Part shown: piece after piece, positions 32,026 to 41,823 of the stretch
How positions within the stretch are numbered: position 1 is the first letter of the stretch
Layout: each line of letters starts with the position of its first letter
Source: an uncultured Pseudobutyrivibrio sp.
GTDB lineage: Bacteria > Bacillota > Clostridia > Lachnospirales > Lachnospiraceae
Length of the DNA stretch: 64,000 nucleotides
Direction of reading: 5' to 3'
Assembly (NCBI GenBank): GCA_902775195.1
Contig: CACYLQ010000001.1
Location: 21,253 to 85,252, forward strand
Position numbers and translations under genes: made by a program
The notes under the pieces: model-generated
Told to the model about the DNA's origin: nothing
Database searches by the model: none
What the model saw: only the letters and a program-made list of their open reading frames with translations

Positions 32026-33528
32026 ATGAGAAAAAAATTATTATCATTTTTGGTTCTTGCTGCAGCTGTAATGATGGTAGGCTGTGGAAGCAAGGCTGCT
32101 GAAACAAAACAGATTAAATCAGTTGATGATTTAGAGGGTGCAAAAATCGGTGTTCAGCTTGGTACAGTTGGAGATTTGTATGCATCAGATTTAGAAGGAG
32201 ACGAGGCAGGCACTTCTGTTGATAGATACAACAAGATTGCTGATGCAGTTCAGGCTCTTAAGCAGGGTAAGGTGGATTGTGTAATTGTTGACGAACAGCC
32301 AGCTATTGCAAGTACAGCCAACGAACCAACACTTACTATTTTGGATGAGCCATTTACATTGGAAGAATATGCAATATGCATCGCAAAGGATAACACTGAG
32401 CTTTTGGATGAAGTTAATGCAGCTTTGGCAGAGCTTAAGGAAGAGGGCGTAGTAGAACAAATCACTGCTAACTATATTGGCGATGATACAAAGGGAACAT
32501 GTCCTTATGTTACACCAGAAGGAACTACATACGATAATGGCACACTTGTAGTTGCAACTAATGCAGCTTTCCCTCCATATGAATATTATGAAAATGGCCA
32601 AGTTGTTGGTATCGATATGGAGCTTATCAAGGCAATAGGCGACAAGCTTGGCCGTAAGGTAGAAATAGAAGATATCGAATTCGACAGTATCATCAATGCT
32701 GTATCTTCTCACAAGGCTGATGTAGGTATTGCTGGTATGACAATGACAGAGGAAAGACTTAAGTCTATCAACTTCACAGATTCATACGTTACTACCATGC
32801 AGGCAATCATTGTAAAGGATGATTCTCTTTCAGGAGATAGTCTTGGATTTGTTGCGAACCTTAAGAGAAACTTTGTGGATGATAACAGATATACTTTCCT
32901 GTTAAAAGGTTTATTAAACACGCTTATCATTGCACTTTGCGCTGTACTTGCTGGTATGATTATTGGCTTTTTAGTTGCAATTGTTCGTGTTACCTATGAC
33001 AAGACTGGCGGATTTAAGATTCTAAATGCAATCTGCAAGCTTTATCTTACAATCATTCGTGGAACACCTATTATGATTCAGCTTTTGATTATCTACTATG
33101 TAGTATTCAAGGCAGTTAATGTTCCAAAGCTTCTTGTGGCTATTATTGCATTTGCTATAAACTCAGGTGCTTATGTTGCTGAAATCATGCGTGGCGGTAT
33201 TATGTCAGTAGATGATGGACAGATGGAGGCAGGACGAAGCCTTGGACTTAACTACAAGCAGACAATGACAATCATCATTTTGCCACAGGCAATTAAGACA
33301 GTTTTACCATCACTTGCTAACGAGTTTATTTCTCTTATTAAGGAAACTTCAATCTGCGGATATATCGGTCTTATGGATTTAACCAGAGGTGGAGATATCA
33401 TTAGAAGTATTACATACGAAGCATTTATGCCACTTATTGCAGTTGCCATTATCTATCTTGCAATTGTACAGGTGTTAAATACCTTCGTATCAAAACTTGA
33501 AATGAAGCTTAGAAAGAATGAGAGATAA
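32026..33528 (+). CDS. Polar amino-acid ABC transporter: two substrate-binding domains fused to permease (GlnP-like)
   Basis: Lipobox MVGC, two SBP_bac_3 domains (IGVQLGT; [10 protein letters not shown]), RGTP and EAA loop [21 protein letters not shown]. Confidence 0.9.
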   Translation: MRKKLLSFLVLAAAVMMVGCGSKAAETKQIKSVDDLEGAKIGVQLGTVGDLYASDLEGDEAGTSVDRYNKIADAVQALKQGKVDCVIVDEQPAIASTANEPTLTILDEPFTLEEYAICIAKDNTELLDEVNAALAELKEEGVVEQITANYIGDDTKGTCPYVTPEGTTYDNGTLVVATNAAFPPYEYYENGQVVGIDMELIKAIGDKLGRKVEIEDIEFDSIINAVSSHKADVGIAGMTMTEERLKSINFTDSYVTTMQAIIVKDDSLSGDSLGFVANLKRNFVDDNRYTFLLKGLLNTLIIALCAVLAGMIIGFLVAIVRVTYDKTGGFKILNAICKLYLTIIRGTPIMIQLLIIYYVVFKAVNVPKLLVAIIAFAINSGAYVAEIMRGGIMSVDDGQMEAGRSLGLNYKQTMTIIILPQAIKTVLPSLANEFISLIKETSICGYIGLMDLTRGGDIIRSITYEAFMPLIAVAIIYLAIVQVLNTFVSKLEMKLRKNER

Positions 33529-33538
33529 AGGAGCAAAT

Positions 33539-34273
33539 ATGTCTGAGGTATTAATTAAAGTAGAAAATCTTTCAAAGGCATACGGCGATAATGTGATTTT
33601 GAAGGATGTAAATATGCAAATTGAAAAGGGAGAGGTTATTGCCATTATAGGACCATCAGGTTGTGGTAAATCTACATTTATCAGAACTCTAAATCAGTTG
33701 GAAAAGCTTACTGATGGTGCGATTTATCTTGATGGCGAGGATATCACAAAAAAGGGAGTAGATATAGATGATGTGCGCCGCAGAGTTGGAATGGTATTTC
33801 AGCATTTTAATCTGTTTCCACATCTTACTATTCAAAAGAATCTTACACTTGCGCCAGTTAAGCTTGGACTTATGAGCCAGGAGGAGGCTGATGAAAAGGC
33901 AAAGGAGTTATTAACAAGAGTAGGCCTTGCAGATAAGGCAACAGCTTATCCTGATAGCCTTTCAGGTGGACAGAAGCAGCGAATTGCTATTGCACGAACA
34001 CTTGCAATGAATCCAGAGGTTATTCTTTTTGATGAGCCAACAAGTGCTCTTGACCCAGAAATGGTAAAGGAGGTTCTTGCACTTATGAAGGAGCTTGCTG
34101 ATGATGGAATGACTATGGTAGTTGTAACTCACGAAATGGGCTTTGCAAAGGAAGTAGCAGATAGAGTACTTTTCTTTGATGAGCAGGGAATCAAGGAACA
34201 GGGTAGTCCTAAGGAGATATTTGAAAACCCTAAGAGCCAAAGACTTCAAGACTTCTTATCAAAGGTACTTTAG
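33539..34273 (+). CDS. glnQ: Polar amino-acid ABC transporter ATP-binding protein
   Basis: [47 protein letters not shown]. Confidence 0.9.
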   Translation: MSEVLIKVENLSKAYGDNVILKDVNMQIEKGEVIAIIGPSGCGKSTFIRTLNQLEKLTDGAIYLDGEDITKKGVDIDDVRRRVGMVFQHFNLFPHLTIQKNLTLAPVKLGLMSQEEADEKAKELLTRVGLADKATAYPDSLSGGQKQRIAIARTLAMNPEVILFDEPTSALDPEMVKEVLALMKELADDGMTMVVVTHEMGFAKEVADRVLFFDEQGIKEQGSPKEIFENPKSQRLQDFLSKVL

Positions 34274-34333
34274 TTTTTTTCATAAAAGGCTATAATAGTA
34301 TTGTTTATAAAAATATTTAGGAGCAATACTAAA

Positions 34334-35503
34334 ATGGAATCAACACTTAGACGTACATGGGCTGAAATCAATTTAGATGCAATCGCCCACAATTATAAAG
34401 TAATTAGACAGAAAATCGGAAGCGATGTTAAGTTTCTTGGAGTAGTTAAGGCAGATGCTTATGGACACGGTAGTATCCAGGTTGGTCGTCTTTTACAGGA
34501 GCTTGGAGCAGATTATCTTGCAGTTAGTAGTGCAGATGAAGCATTAGAGCTTCGTTCAAACGGCATTACAATGCCTATCCTTATTTTAGGGCACACTCCA
34601 AAGGAACAGGTTTCACGTCTTATCGAATATAACATTACACAGGCTATAACCTGTAAGGCAAAGGCAGACGAATACAGCGCTGAAGCTGTTAAATGCGGTG
34701 GCACACTTAAGGTTCACATCAAGGTAGATACAGGTATGTCACGCTTAGGCTACCTATGCGATAATACTTATTTTGATAATGGTGTAGAAGGAATAGCAGA
34801 GGCTTGCAATATGCCAGGCCTTGATGCAGAAGGAATCTTCACTCATTTTGCAGTTGCAGATGAATTTGGTGAAGACAATGATGAATATACAAAGCATCAG
34901 TTTGAATTATTTACTAGCGTAATTAAGGCTGTAGAAGACAAGATTGGTCACAAGTTTAAAATTAGACATTGTGCAAATACAGGTGCTACAGCTCGTTTCC
35001 CTGAGACATATCTTGATATGGTTCGTCCAGGACTTCTTTTATATGGTTATGGTGATTTCGCTCGTCAGATGGATTTGCGTCCAGCTATGACATTAAAGAC
35101 AACAGTCAGCACTATCAAGATTTATCCAGAGGGAACAGCCATCAGCTACGGTAGAACTTTTGTTGCAGACAAGACAACAAGAATCGGTGTTTTACCTTAT
35201 GGTTATGCAGATGGATTCCTTAGAAGTCTTTCTAACAACTGTTCATTAATCACAAAGGAAGGCCCAGCAAAGCTTCGCGGTAAGATTTGCATGGATATGT
35301 GTATGATTGATATTACAGATATGCCTACTGTAGATGTTGGAAGTGAAGTAGAAATCTTCGGTGAGAATAATTCTGTAGATGATCTTGCCGAGAAAGCTGG
35401 CACAATACCTTATGAGCTTACATGTGCAGTTAGTAAGAGAGTACCTAGGGTATATTATAGAAATGGTGAAGAAATAGAGCGTGAGTTAATGCTTAGATTT
35501 TAA
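34334..35503 (+). CDS. alr: Alanine racemase
   Basis: VVKADAYGHG, HIKVDTGMSRLG, MVRPG, ISYG, GYADG, CMD, TIPYE. Confidence 0.95.
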   Translation: MESTLRRTWAEINLDAIAHNYKVIRQKIGSDVKFLGVVKADAYGHGSIQVGRLLQELGADYLAVSSADEALELRSNGITMPILILGHTPKEQVSRLIEYNITQAITCKAKADEYSAEAVKCGGTLKVHIKVDTGMSRLGYLCDNTYFDNGVEGIAEACNMPGLDAEGIFTHFAVADEFGEDNDEYTKHQFELFTSVIKAVEDKIGHKFKIRHCANTGATARFPETYLDMVRPGLLLYGYGDFARQMDLRPAMTLKTTVSTIKIYPEGTAISYGRTFVADKTTRIGVLPYGYADGFLRSLSNNCSLITKEGPAKLRGKICMDMCMIDITDMPTVDVGSEVEIFGENNSVDDLAEKAGTIPYELTCAVSKRVPRVYYRNGEEIERELMLRF

Positions 35504-35549
35504 AAGAAAAGCAGGAGAGCCCTTAAAAGGTCTCTTCTGCTTCTTTTTT
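35504..35549. terminator. Bidirectional terminator overlapping the end of the minus-strand gene
   Basis: AAAGAAAAGCAGGAGAG...CTCTTCTGCTTCTTTTTT imperfect stem between convergent genes. Confidence 0.65.
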
Positions 35550-36041
35550 ATCTGATTTAATTCGGTAAATACCAATAAGACTTGTGACAAGTGAAAAACA
35601 ATCAAATCCAAAAACAATCCAGTTTTGAAGGAAGAAATCGTATGTTCCAAAGCAGATGATACTGCCGATGCAACCAAGCTTAATAACGATATCCTTTTTA
35701 GAGCTAAGTGATAAAGTAATAAATGTTGCAGCCATAAATGGAAGCCAGTCAATCCAACGGTTCTGTGTTGTGATGAATGTGAATACACCCTGGAAGCCGA
35801 TGAAGAAAATCTGAAGTGGTAATGTAAGATTCCACTTGAGGCAGATAAGGTTTCTAAGAAGGCTGACCATATTACCAACAACGGCGGCAATGCCACCTAA
35901 GCATCCGTATGATATGGAAAACAAAACAAACTGAAGGTTCTGAGCCCAAAGGATTGTCTTTTTATGCTTAAGGTAACCTATGATAACCATAAGTATACAT
36001 GCTAGTAGTGAAAAAAATCTTCCGATTAAAACTAAATTCAT
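35523..36041 (-). CDS. YgjV-family inner membrane protein
   Basis: Small multi-TM protein; KKTIL..Q, Y..LGG, N.VS..RN pattern. Confidence 0.65.
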   Translation of the reverse strand: MNLVLIGRFFSLLACILMVIIGYLKHKKTILWAQNLQFVLFSISYGCLGGIAAVVGNMVSLLRNLICLKWNLTLPLQIFFIGFQGVFTFITTQNRWIDWLPFMAATFITLSLSSKKDIVIKLGCIGSIICFGTYDFFLQNWIVFGFDCFSLVTSLIGIYRIKSDKKEAEETF

Positions 36042-36194
36042 GATATATCTCCTATAAAGTTAAAAATGTATTTAACTATAATAAAGCATGATTGTAATTA
36101 TTTAAAGTTCTAAATATAAAACAGATGATTTACCTCTTTAAATTGCTAAAGAGATAGGATAGAATATAGTACAAATAAAAAAAGGAGTCGTGTT

Positions 36195-36662
36195 ATGGGT
36201 AAAGTATTTAAATTCGATAAAGACGTAGATACAGATCAAATCATCGCTTCTCAGTATCTACTATTTCCAACAATAGACGAAATGAAAATGCATACATTTG
36301 AATCTCTAAATGGGGAATTTGCAAGCAAAGTAAAACCAGGGGATTTCGTAGTGGCAGATGAGAACTTTGGCTGCGGTTCATCAAGAGAACAGGCTCCTAG
36401 CGTGCTGAAGGCACTTGGAGTAAAGGCAGTTGTTGCAAAATCCTTTGCAAGAATCTTCTACAGAAACTCCATTAATATAGGTATGCCAGTAATTGTTAGT
36501 AAGGAATTATATGATGTAGTTAAAGAAGGTGATGAGATGGAGCTAGACTTAGAAAACGGAACCATCACAACAGGCGGCGCCACCTATTCCTGCACCAAGC
36601 TCCCAGCAAAAATGCAGGAAATATTAGATCAGGGTGGACTAATAGCGTCACTAGATAAATAG
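36195..36662 (+). CDS. LeuD/HacB/DmdB-like aconitase-family small (swivel) subunit, copy 1
   Basis: DVDTDQII, NFGCGSSREQA, AKSFARIFYRNSINIG, GGL. Confidence 0.9.
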   Translation: MGKVFKFDKDVDTDQIIASQYLLFPTIDEMKMHTFESLNGEFASKVKPGDFVVADENFGCGSSREQAPSVLKALGVKAVVAKSFARIFYRNSINIGMPVIVSKELYDVVKEGDEMELDLENGTITTGGATYSCTKLPAKMQEILDQGGLIASLDK

Positions 36663-36799
36663 GATGCGGGTATAAATTAATTATAGTATTTAGATGAGCT
36701 TATAATTAACAATGATTTATTCTCTGGAAGGAACATATAGTGACTGTAAGAGAATTAATTATTGTTAATGTAATAAGCGGACTACAAGGAGATATAATT

Positions 36800-38041
36800 A
36801 TGGGAATGACTATGGCTGAAAAGATTATCGCGGCTGCCGCTGGAGTTGATGCATGCACAGCAGGCGATATCGAAACGGTTACTTTAGATAGATTAATGTC
36901 AAATGATGGCACAACACATCTTACTATTGATATGTATAACAATTTGAAGCATCCACGCATTGCTGATGTAGATAAGCTGGTATGGATAATAGATCATAAT
37001 ATCCCTGCAGATAGTCCTAAGACTGCAGCAAGCCATAAAAAGATGCGCGATTTTGCAAGAGAGCATGGCATTACATTTTATGAGGGTGAGGGCGTCTGCC
37101 ATCAGGTTATGATGGAAAATCATGTGCGTCCAGGTGAGCTTATTTTGGGTGCAGATTCTCACACATGTGCATATGGTGCACTGGGAGCATTTGGAACAGG
37201 TGTAGGCTGTACAGATTATCTGTATGCAATGGTTACAGGAACATCATGGTTGCTAGTGCCTGAAACAATCAGAATTAATCTTCATGGTAAGCTAAGAAAA
37301 GGTGTTTATGCCAGAGATTTGATTCTTACAATAATTGGTCGTATTTCTGCAAACGGAGCCAACTATAAGGCAATGGAATTTGTGGGAGACGGCATGGCTA
37401 GCCTTTCTATGGCAGATAGAATTTCTATCTGCAATCTGTGCGTAGAAGCTGGTGCAAAGACAGCTCTTATGGAAGTGGATGATGTGGCCTTAGATTATTT
37501 AAAGGACCATGGCAGAGAACCTAAGGCAATCTTTAAATCAGATGAGGATGCCATTTTCTCACAGGTAATCGATATTGATTTAGATGAAATAGACCCTATT
37601 GTTGCAAAGCCTCATTTTGTAGATAACGTAGTGCCTGTTAAGGAATGCGAAGGCACAAAGATTGACGAGGCATTCCTTGGCAGCTGCAATAACGGACGTA
37701 TTGAAGATCTGCGAGTTGGCGCTGAAATTATAAAGGGAAAGCATGTTGCAGATAAGGTGAGATTTCTAGTAGTGCCAGCCAGCAGAGCGGTATATAAGCA
37801 GGCACTAGAGGAAGGTCTTTTAGATATATTTATGGAAGCTGGTGCAATGGTAATGAATCCAAACTGCTCTGTATGCTGGGGCGCATGCCAAGGTGTTATC
37901 GGTGAAGGAGAAACCCTTATTTCCACCGGCACTCGCAACTTCAAGGGCCGCGCCGGCCACAAAGATTCCTTCGTCTACCTTGCCAGCGCCGCCACCGTTA
38001 CAGCATCTGCTATAAAAGGCTACATCACATCGGAGGTATAG
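36800..38041 (+). CDS. LeuC/HacA/DmdA-like aconitase-family large subunit, copy 1
   Basis: MTMAEKI, DH, GVCHQ, GADSHTC.YGALG, GSCNNGR, CSVCWG, TRNFKGR. RBS AAGGAG before ATG 36800. Confidence 0.9.
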   Translation: MGMTMAEKIIAAAAGVDACTAGDIETVTLDRLMSNDGTTHLTIDMYNNLKHPRIADVDKLVWIIDHNIPADSPKTAASHKKMRDFAREHGITFYEGEGVCHQVMMENHVRPGELILGADSHTCAYGALGAFGTGVGCTDYLYAMVTGTSWLLVPETIRINLHGKLRKGVYARDLILTIIGRISANGANYKAMEFVGDGMASLSMADRISICNLCVEAGAKTALMEVDDVALDYLKDHGREPKAIFKSDEDAIFSQVIDIDLDEIDPIVAKPHFVDNVVPVKECEGTKIDEAFLGSCNNGRIEDLRVGAEIIKGKHVADKVRFLVVPASRAVYKQALEEGLLDIFMEAGAMVMNPNCSVCWGACQGVIGEGETLISTGTRNFKGRAGHKDSFVYLASAATVTASAIKGYITSEV

Positions 38042-38042
38042 T

Positions 38043-38528
38043 ATGTTTAAAGCAAAGATTTGGAAACTTGGAGATGACATAGATACAGATATTATTCTTC
38101 CTACAGAGTATTTAGCGTATGAGACTGTGGAAAAGATGAAGCCTTATGCTTTTAGTCCACTTCGTCCAGATCTTGCTGCCAAAATTCAGCCAGGGGACAT
38201 GATAGTAGCTGGCCATAATTTTGGATGTGGCTCATCAAGAGAGCAGGCACCAGAGGTGGTAAAGGCTCTTGGTGTATCCTGCATTGTTGCAAAATCCTAT
38301 GCAAGAATCTTTTTTAGAAATGCTATAAATAATGGCCTTCTTCTTATAGAACAGCCTGATTTGTATGATGAGGTTTCAGAGGGAGATGTGGCAGAGGTTT
38401 TTACAGGCGAAGAAATTAAGGTAAATGGAAAGTCATATCCTATAGCTTCGTTGCCAGATAATCTGTTAGAAATACTTGAAGCAGGCGGCCTTGTAAAGGC
38501 AATGAGAAAGAAGAATGGTTTAGCGTAA
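38043..38528 (+). CDS. LeuD/HacB/DmdB-like small subunit, copy 2
   Basis: DDIDTDIILP, NFGCGSSREQA, SYARIFFRNAINNG. Confidence 0.9.
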   Translation: MFKAKIWKLGDDIDTDIILPTEYLAYETVEKMKPYAFSPLRPDLAAKIQPGDMIVAGHNFGCGSSREQAPEVVKALGVSCIVAKSYARIFFRNAINNGLLLIEQPDLYDEVSEGDVAEVFTGEEIKVNGKSYPIASLPDNLLEILEAGGLVKAMRKKNGLA

Positions 38529-38541
38529 TACGGGAGATATT

Positions 38542-39783
38542 ATGGGACATACATTAGTTGAAAAGATAATTGGAAATAAGGTTGGCCACGAAGTAAAGCC
38601 TGGTGATATTGTAACTGTACCTGTGGACTGGTGCATGATAGATGATATTATGGTGCCATTTGCAGTACAAAAGTTTCAGGAGATGGGATTTGCCAAGGTG
38701 GCAAAGCCTGATAGTGTGGTTTTAATCTATGATCATTTCTTACCTGCTACACAGGTAGATGATACCAGACATTTTAGAGTTGGAGATGAATTTGCTGAAA
38801 AATATGGAATTAAAAACATCCACAGAACAGATGGAATTTGTCACCAGCTGATGACTGAGGCAGGCTATGTTAAGCCAGGTGATATTGCATTTGGAACTGA
38901 TAGTCACACTGTTACTTACGGCTGCGTAGGTGCATTTGCTACAGGTATCGGATATACGGAAATGGCTGGAATTCTTGGCACAGGAGAGCTGTGGGTGAGA
39001 GTTCCAGAATCTATTAAGGTAGAGATTAATGGTAAGCTTCCTAAAAACGTAATGTCCAAGGATGTGATTCTTAGAATTATAGGTGATTTGACAGCATCCG
39101 GGGCAACATATCAATCCATCGAATTTACAGGAAGCACTATAGATGAAATGAGCATTGCAAGCAGAATGACAATGTCTAATATGGCAGTTGAGGCTGGGGC
39201 AAAATGTGGTTTGTTTACACCTGATGAGAAGACCTGCGAATACTGCAACATTCCTTTCGATGACAGTGTTAAGGCTCTTAATGCAGATGAGGATGCGGTA
39301 TATTCGAAAGTGCTAAAATATGATGCGAAGGATTTTGTACCGGTTCTTGCCTGTCCATCGCTTGTGGATAATATTCATCCAGTTGCAGAAGCTAAGGGGA
39401 CAAAGGTTGACCAGGTTTTCTTAGGCTCATGCACTAATGGAAGATTAGAGGATTTGCAGACAGCAGCAGCTATTTTAAAGGGAAAGCATGTGGCACCTTT
39501 TGTAAAGATGATAGTTACTCCTGCCAGTCGAAAGATTTATAGACAGGCCTTAAGTGACGGCACTTTGCAGACACTTTCTGATGCAGGCTGTATCATTACT
39601 ACACCAGGCTGTGGTCTTTGCTGCGGAAGAGGTGGTGGAATCCTTTCCGATGACGAGGTAGTAGTAGCTACCAATAACAGAAATTTCTTGGGACGAATGG
39701 GGACAAGCAAGGTTAAGATATATCTAGCCAGTCCTGCTACAGCGGCAGCCACTGCCATTGCAGGAACAATAACAGAAGCGTAA
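38542..39783 (+). CDS. LeuC/HacA/DmdA-like large subunit, copy 2
   Basis: HTLVEKI, YDH, GICHQ, GTDSHT..YG, GSCTNGR, CGLCCG, NRNFLGRMG, YLASP. Confidence 0.9.
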   Translation: MGHTLVEKIIGNKVGHEVKPGDIVTVPVDWCMIDDIMVPFAVQKFQEMGFAKVAKPDSVVLIYDHFLPATQVDDTRHFRVGDEFAEKYGIKNIHRTDGICHQLMTEAGYVKPGDIAFGTDSHTVTYGCVGAFATGIGYTEMAGILGTGELWVRVPESIKVEINGKLPKNVMSKDVILRIIGDLTASGATYQSIEFTGSTIDEMSIASRMTMSNMAVEAGAKCGLFTPDEKTCEYCNIPFDDSVKALNADEDAVYSKVLKYDAKDFVPVLACPSLVDNIHPVAEAKGTKVDQVFLGSCTNGRLEDLQTAAAILKGKHVAPFVKMIVTPASRKIYRQALSDGTLQTLSDAGCIITTPGCGLCCGRGGGILSDDEVVVATNNRNFLGRMGTSKVKIYLASPATAAATAIAGTITEA

Positions 39784-39818
39784 AAATAGGGCGTACCGTA
39801 AGTGATACGCCTTATTTT
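39783..39818. terminator. Bidirectional terminator
   Basis: AAAATAGGGCGTA-N10-TACGCCTTATTTT between convergent genes. Confidence 0.75.
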
Positions 39819-40750
39819 TATGCACTCATATATTCTTTTATCTTATCCTGGTTTAAATTTTCACCGATTACAATAAATACCTCCTGACCTACAGGCATGG
39901 TATTTAATTCGAAATCCTCTTTTGTGGCATTAAACTGATACCATATTCCATCATCCAAAAAGAAGCCCTTTGCCCTGTGGATGTTTCCAAAGCTGTCATC
40001 AGACATAAGTGTGTCAATTTTTGCTTTAATATCAGCCTTTTTCATTGGAAGCTCTAAGAAGTAAACAGTCTTGTAATCACTGTCATCGGTGGTCCTTCTT
40101 TTTACATAGGAGCGGGTAGCATAGCTTGCGTTTGTAAGCTCTTTAAAATCTTCTTCAGTTAATTCATCCCAGGCCTTTGTAAAGCAAAGTTTATCTACAT
40201 CGATTTTAAGCTGGCTTTTTTCAGCGGCATTCTGTAAATGTTCTTTTGTTTTAGCTATTTGAGCTTTGTCAACAAGCTTCGTTCGACTAAGCACAATTCT
40301 TCCAGCATTTGCTATTTGAGATGCTAAAAAGAAATCGGAGTCAGATGATAAATCATCCTCAAGCTTTGCATTAACTATCGTAATTACGTTACCTATTTCG
40401 TAAAATCTATCCAGTGGCTCTTCGTGTAAAACATCGAAGAATTCATCCACATCAAATATTCCAGATGGCTCAATTATGACTCTGTTGTAGCCACTCATGG
40501 CCATTGCAATAAGCTTTGTTTTAAATCGGCGTTTGTGGCAATCGGCATCGCATCCACCTGCAACCATTTCAAGCTCGCAATTTTCGCCTCTAAGCTCGTT
40601 AAGCAAAAGCATATCCACGTTTACAGCACCGTAATCATTTTCCAATATTCCGATTCTAAGGCCCTGGTCTATAAAATGCTTTGCATATATTTTTAAAAAG
40701 GTTGTCTTTCCGCTTCCTAAGAAGCCTGTTATCAAATCTACTTTAATCAT
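39818..40750 (-). CDS. COG0523/CobW-family G3E GTPase (metallochaperone)
   Basis: ITGFLGSGKTT, ILENDYG, IEPSG, HRAKGF C-terminal domain. Confidence 0.85.
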   Translation of the reverse strand: MIKVDLITGFLGSGKTTFLKIYAKHFIDQGLRIGILENDYGAVNVDMLLLNELRGENCELEMVAGGCDADCHKRRFKTKLIAMAMSGYNRVIIEPSGIFDVDEFFDVLHEEPLDRFYEIGNVITIVNAKLEDDLSSDSDFFLASQIANAGRIVLSRTKLVDKAQIAKTKEHLQNAAEKSQLKIDVDKLCFTKAWDELTEEDFKELTNASYATRSYVKRRTTDDSDYKTVYFLELPMKKADIKAKIDTLMSDDSFGNIHRAKGFFLDDGIWYQFNATKEDFELNTMPVGQEVFIVIGENLNQDKIKEYMSA

Positions 40751-40874
40751 TTTAAATACCTCTCTTAAGTATTAAAATTTTATCATATCCTGCAATATTT
40801 TATACACAAATGTTTGATAAAATTACTGCAGGTGTTATAATCGAAAAGATTATAAATTTGAAAGAGGAAGAAAT

Positions 40875-41804
40875 ATGGGAATCGTAGTACTTGGAGCAGT
40901 ATTTATTGACATTAAGGGACATTCTATTTCTAGTTATATTCCAGCAGGAAGAAATGTTGGTACAGTAGAAGAGGTTCATGGTGGTGTCAGCAGAAATGTT
41001 GTTGAGGATATAGCTAATGTAGAGCTCAGACCTACATTTGTTAGTCTTGTAGACGAAAGTGGTATTGGCACAGGCGTTCTTGACAAGCTTAATAATCATA
41101 AGGTAGACACAAGATTTGTTCGCCGTACACCAGACGGAATGGGTAAGTGGCTTGCAGTTTTTGATAATCATGGTGACGTAGTGGCATCTATCTCAAAGCG
41201 TCCAGACCTTTCTGTTATCAATGATATTCTTGATGAGCAGGGAGATGAAATTTTCAAGGATGCAGATAGTATTGCTCTTGAAATTGATATGGAAAAGGAC
41301 AGCATCAAGCGGGTATTTAAGTATGCTGAAAAATATAACCTTAAGGTTTACGCAGCAGTTTCAAATATGAGTATTGCTGTTGAAAGAAGAGATTTTCTTA
41401 AGAATGTAGAGTGCTTCGTATGTAATCAGCAGGAAGCAGGCATTCTTTTCATGGATGATTATTCAGAAAAGACACCTGATGAAATGCAGGAAATCCTTGC
41501 AAAGAAGATTCAGGGTGCTCAGATTAAGAAGATGATTGTAACTCTTGGAGGACAAGGGGCAGTATATGCAGATATAGATGGCAACACAGGATTTGTACCT
41601 GCAAGAAAGGTAGATGTTAAGGATACAACTGGAGCAGGAGATTCATTCTTCGCAGGTGTAACTATTGGTCTTACTTACGGAAAGACTATTCAGGAGGCTT
41701 GTGAAATCGGTTCGACTCTTGCAGCTTCAGTAATCGTTACATCAGACAATGTATGTCCTAGATTTTTACCTAGTGAATTTGGTATCGAGGTTCCTGAAAA
41801 CTAG
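40875..41804 (+). CDS. PfkB-family carbohydrate kinase
   Basis: GGVSRNV, NQQEA, VTLGGQGA, DTTGAGDSF. Confidence 0.88.
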   Translation: MGIVVLGAVFIDIKGHSISSYIPAGRNVGTVEEVHGGVSRNVVEDIANVELRPTFVSLVDESGIGTGVLDKLNNHKVDTRFVRRTPDGMGKWLAVFDNHGDVVASISKRPDLSVINDILDEQGDEIFKDADSIALEIDMEKDSIKRVFKYAEKYNLKVYAAVSNMSIAVERRDFLKNVECFVCNQQEAGILFMDDYSEKTPDEMQEILAKKIQGAQIKKMIVTLGGQGAVYADIDGNTGFVPARKVDVKDTTGAGDSFFAGVTIGLTYGKTIQEACEIGSTLAASVIVTSDNVCPRFLPSEFGIEVPEN

Positions 41805-41823
41805 CGCAATTATGGTGTGAGCT

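Noticed and set aside
36042-36800. Leucine T-box/attenuator upstream of the leuCD-like genes
   Set aside because: No T-box consensus (AAGGTGGNACCGCG-like) or terminator/antiterminator is visible in either intergenic region.
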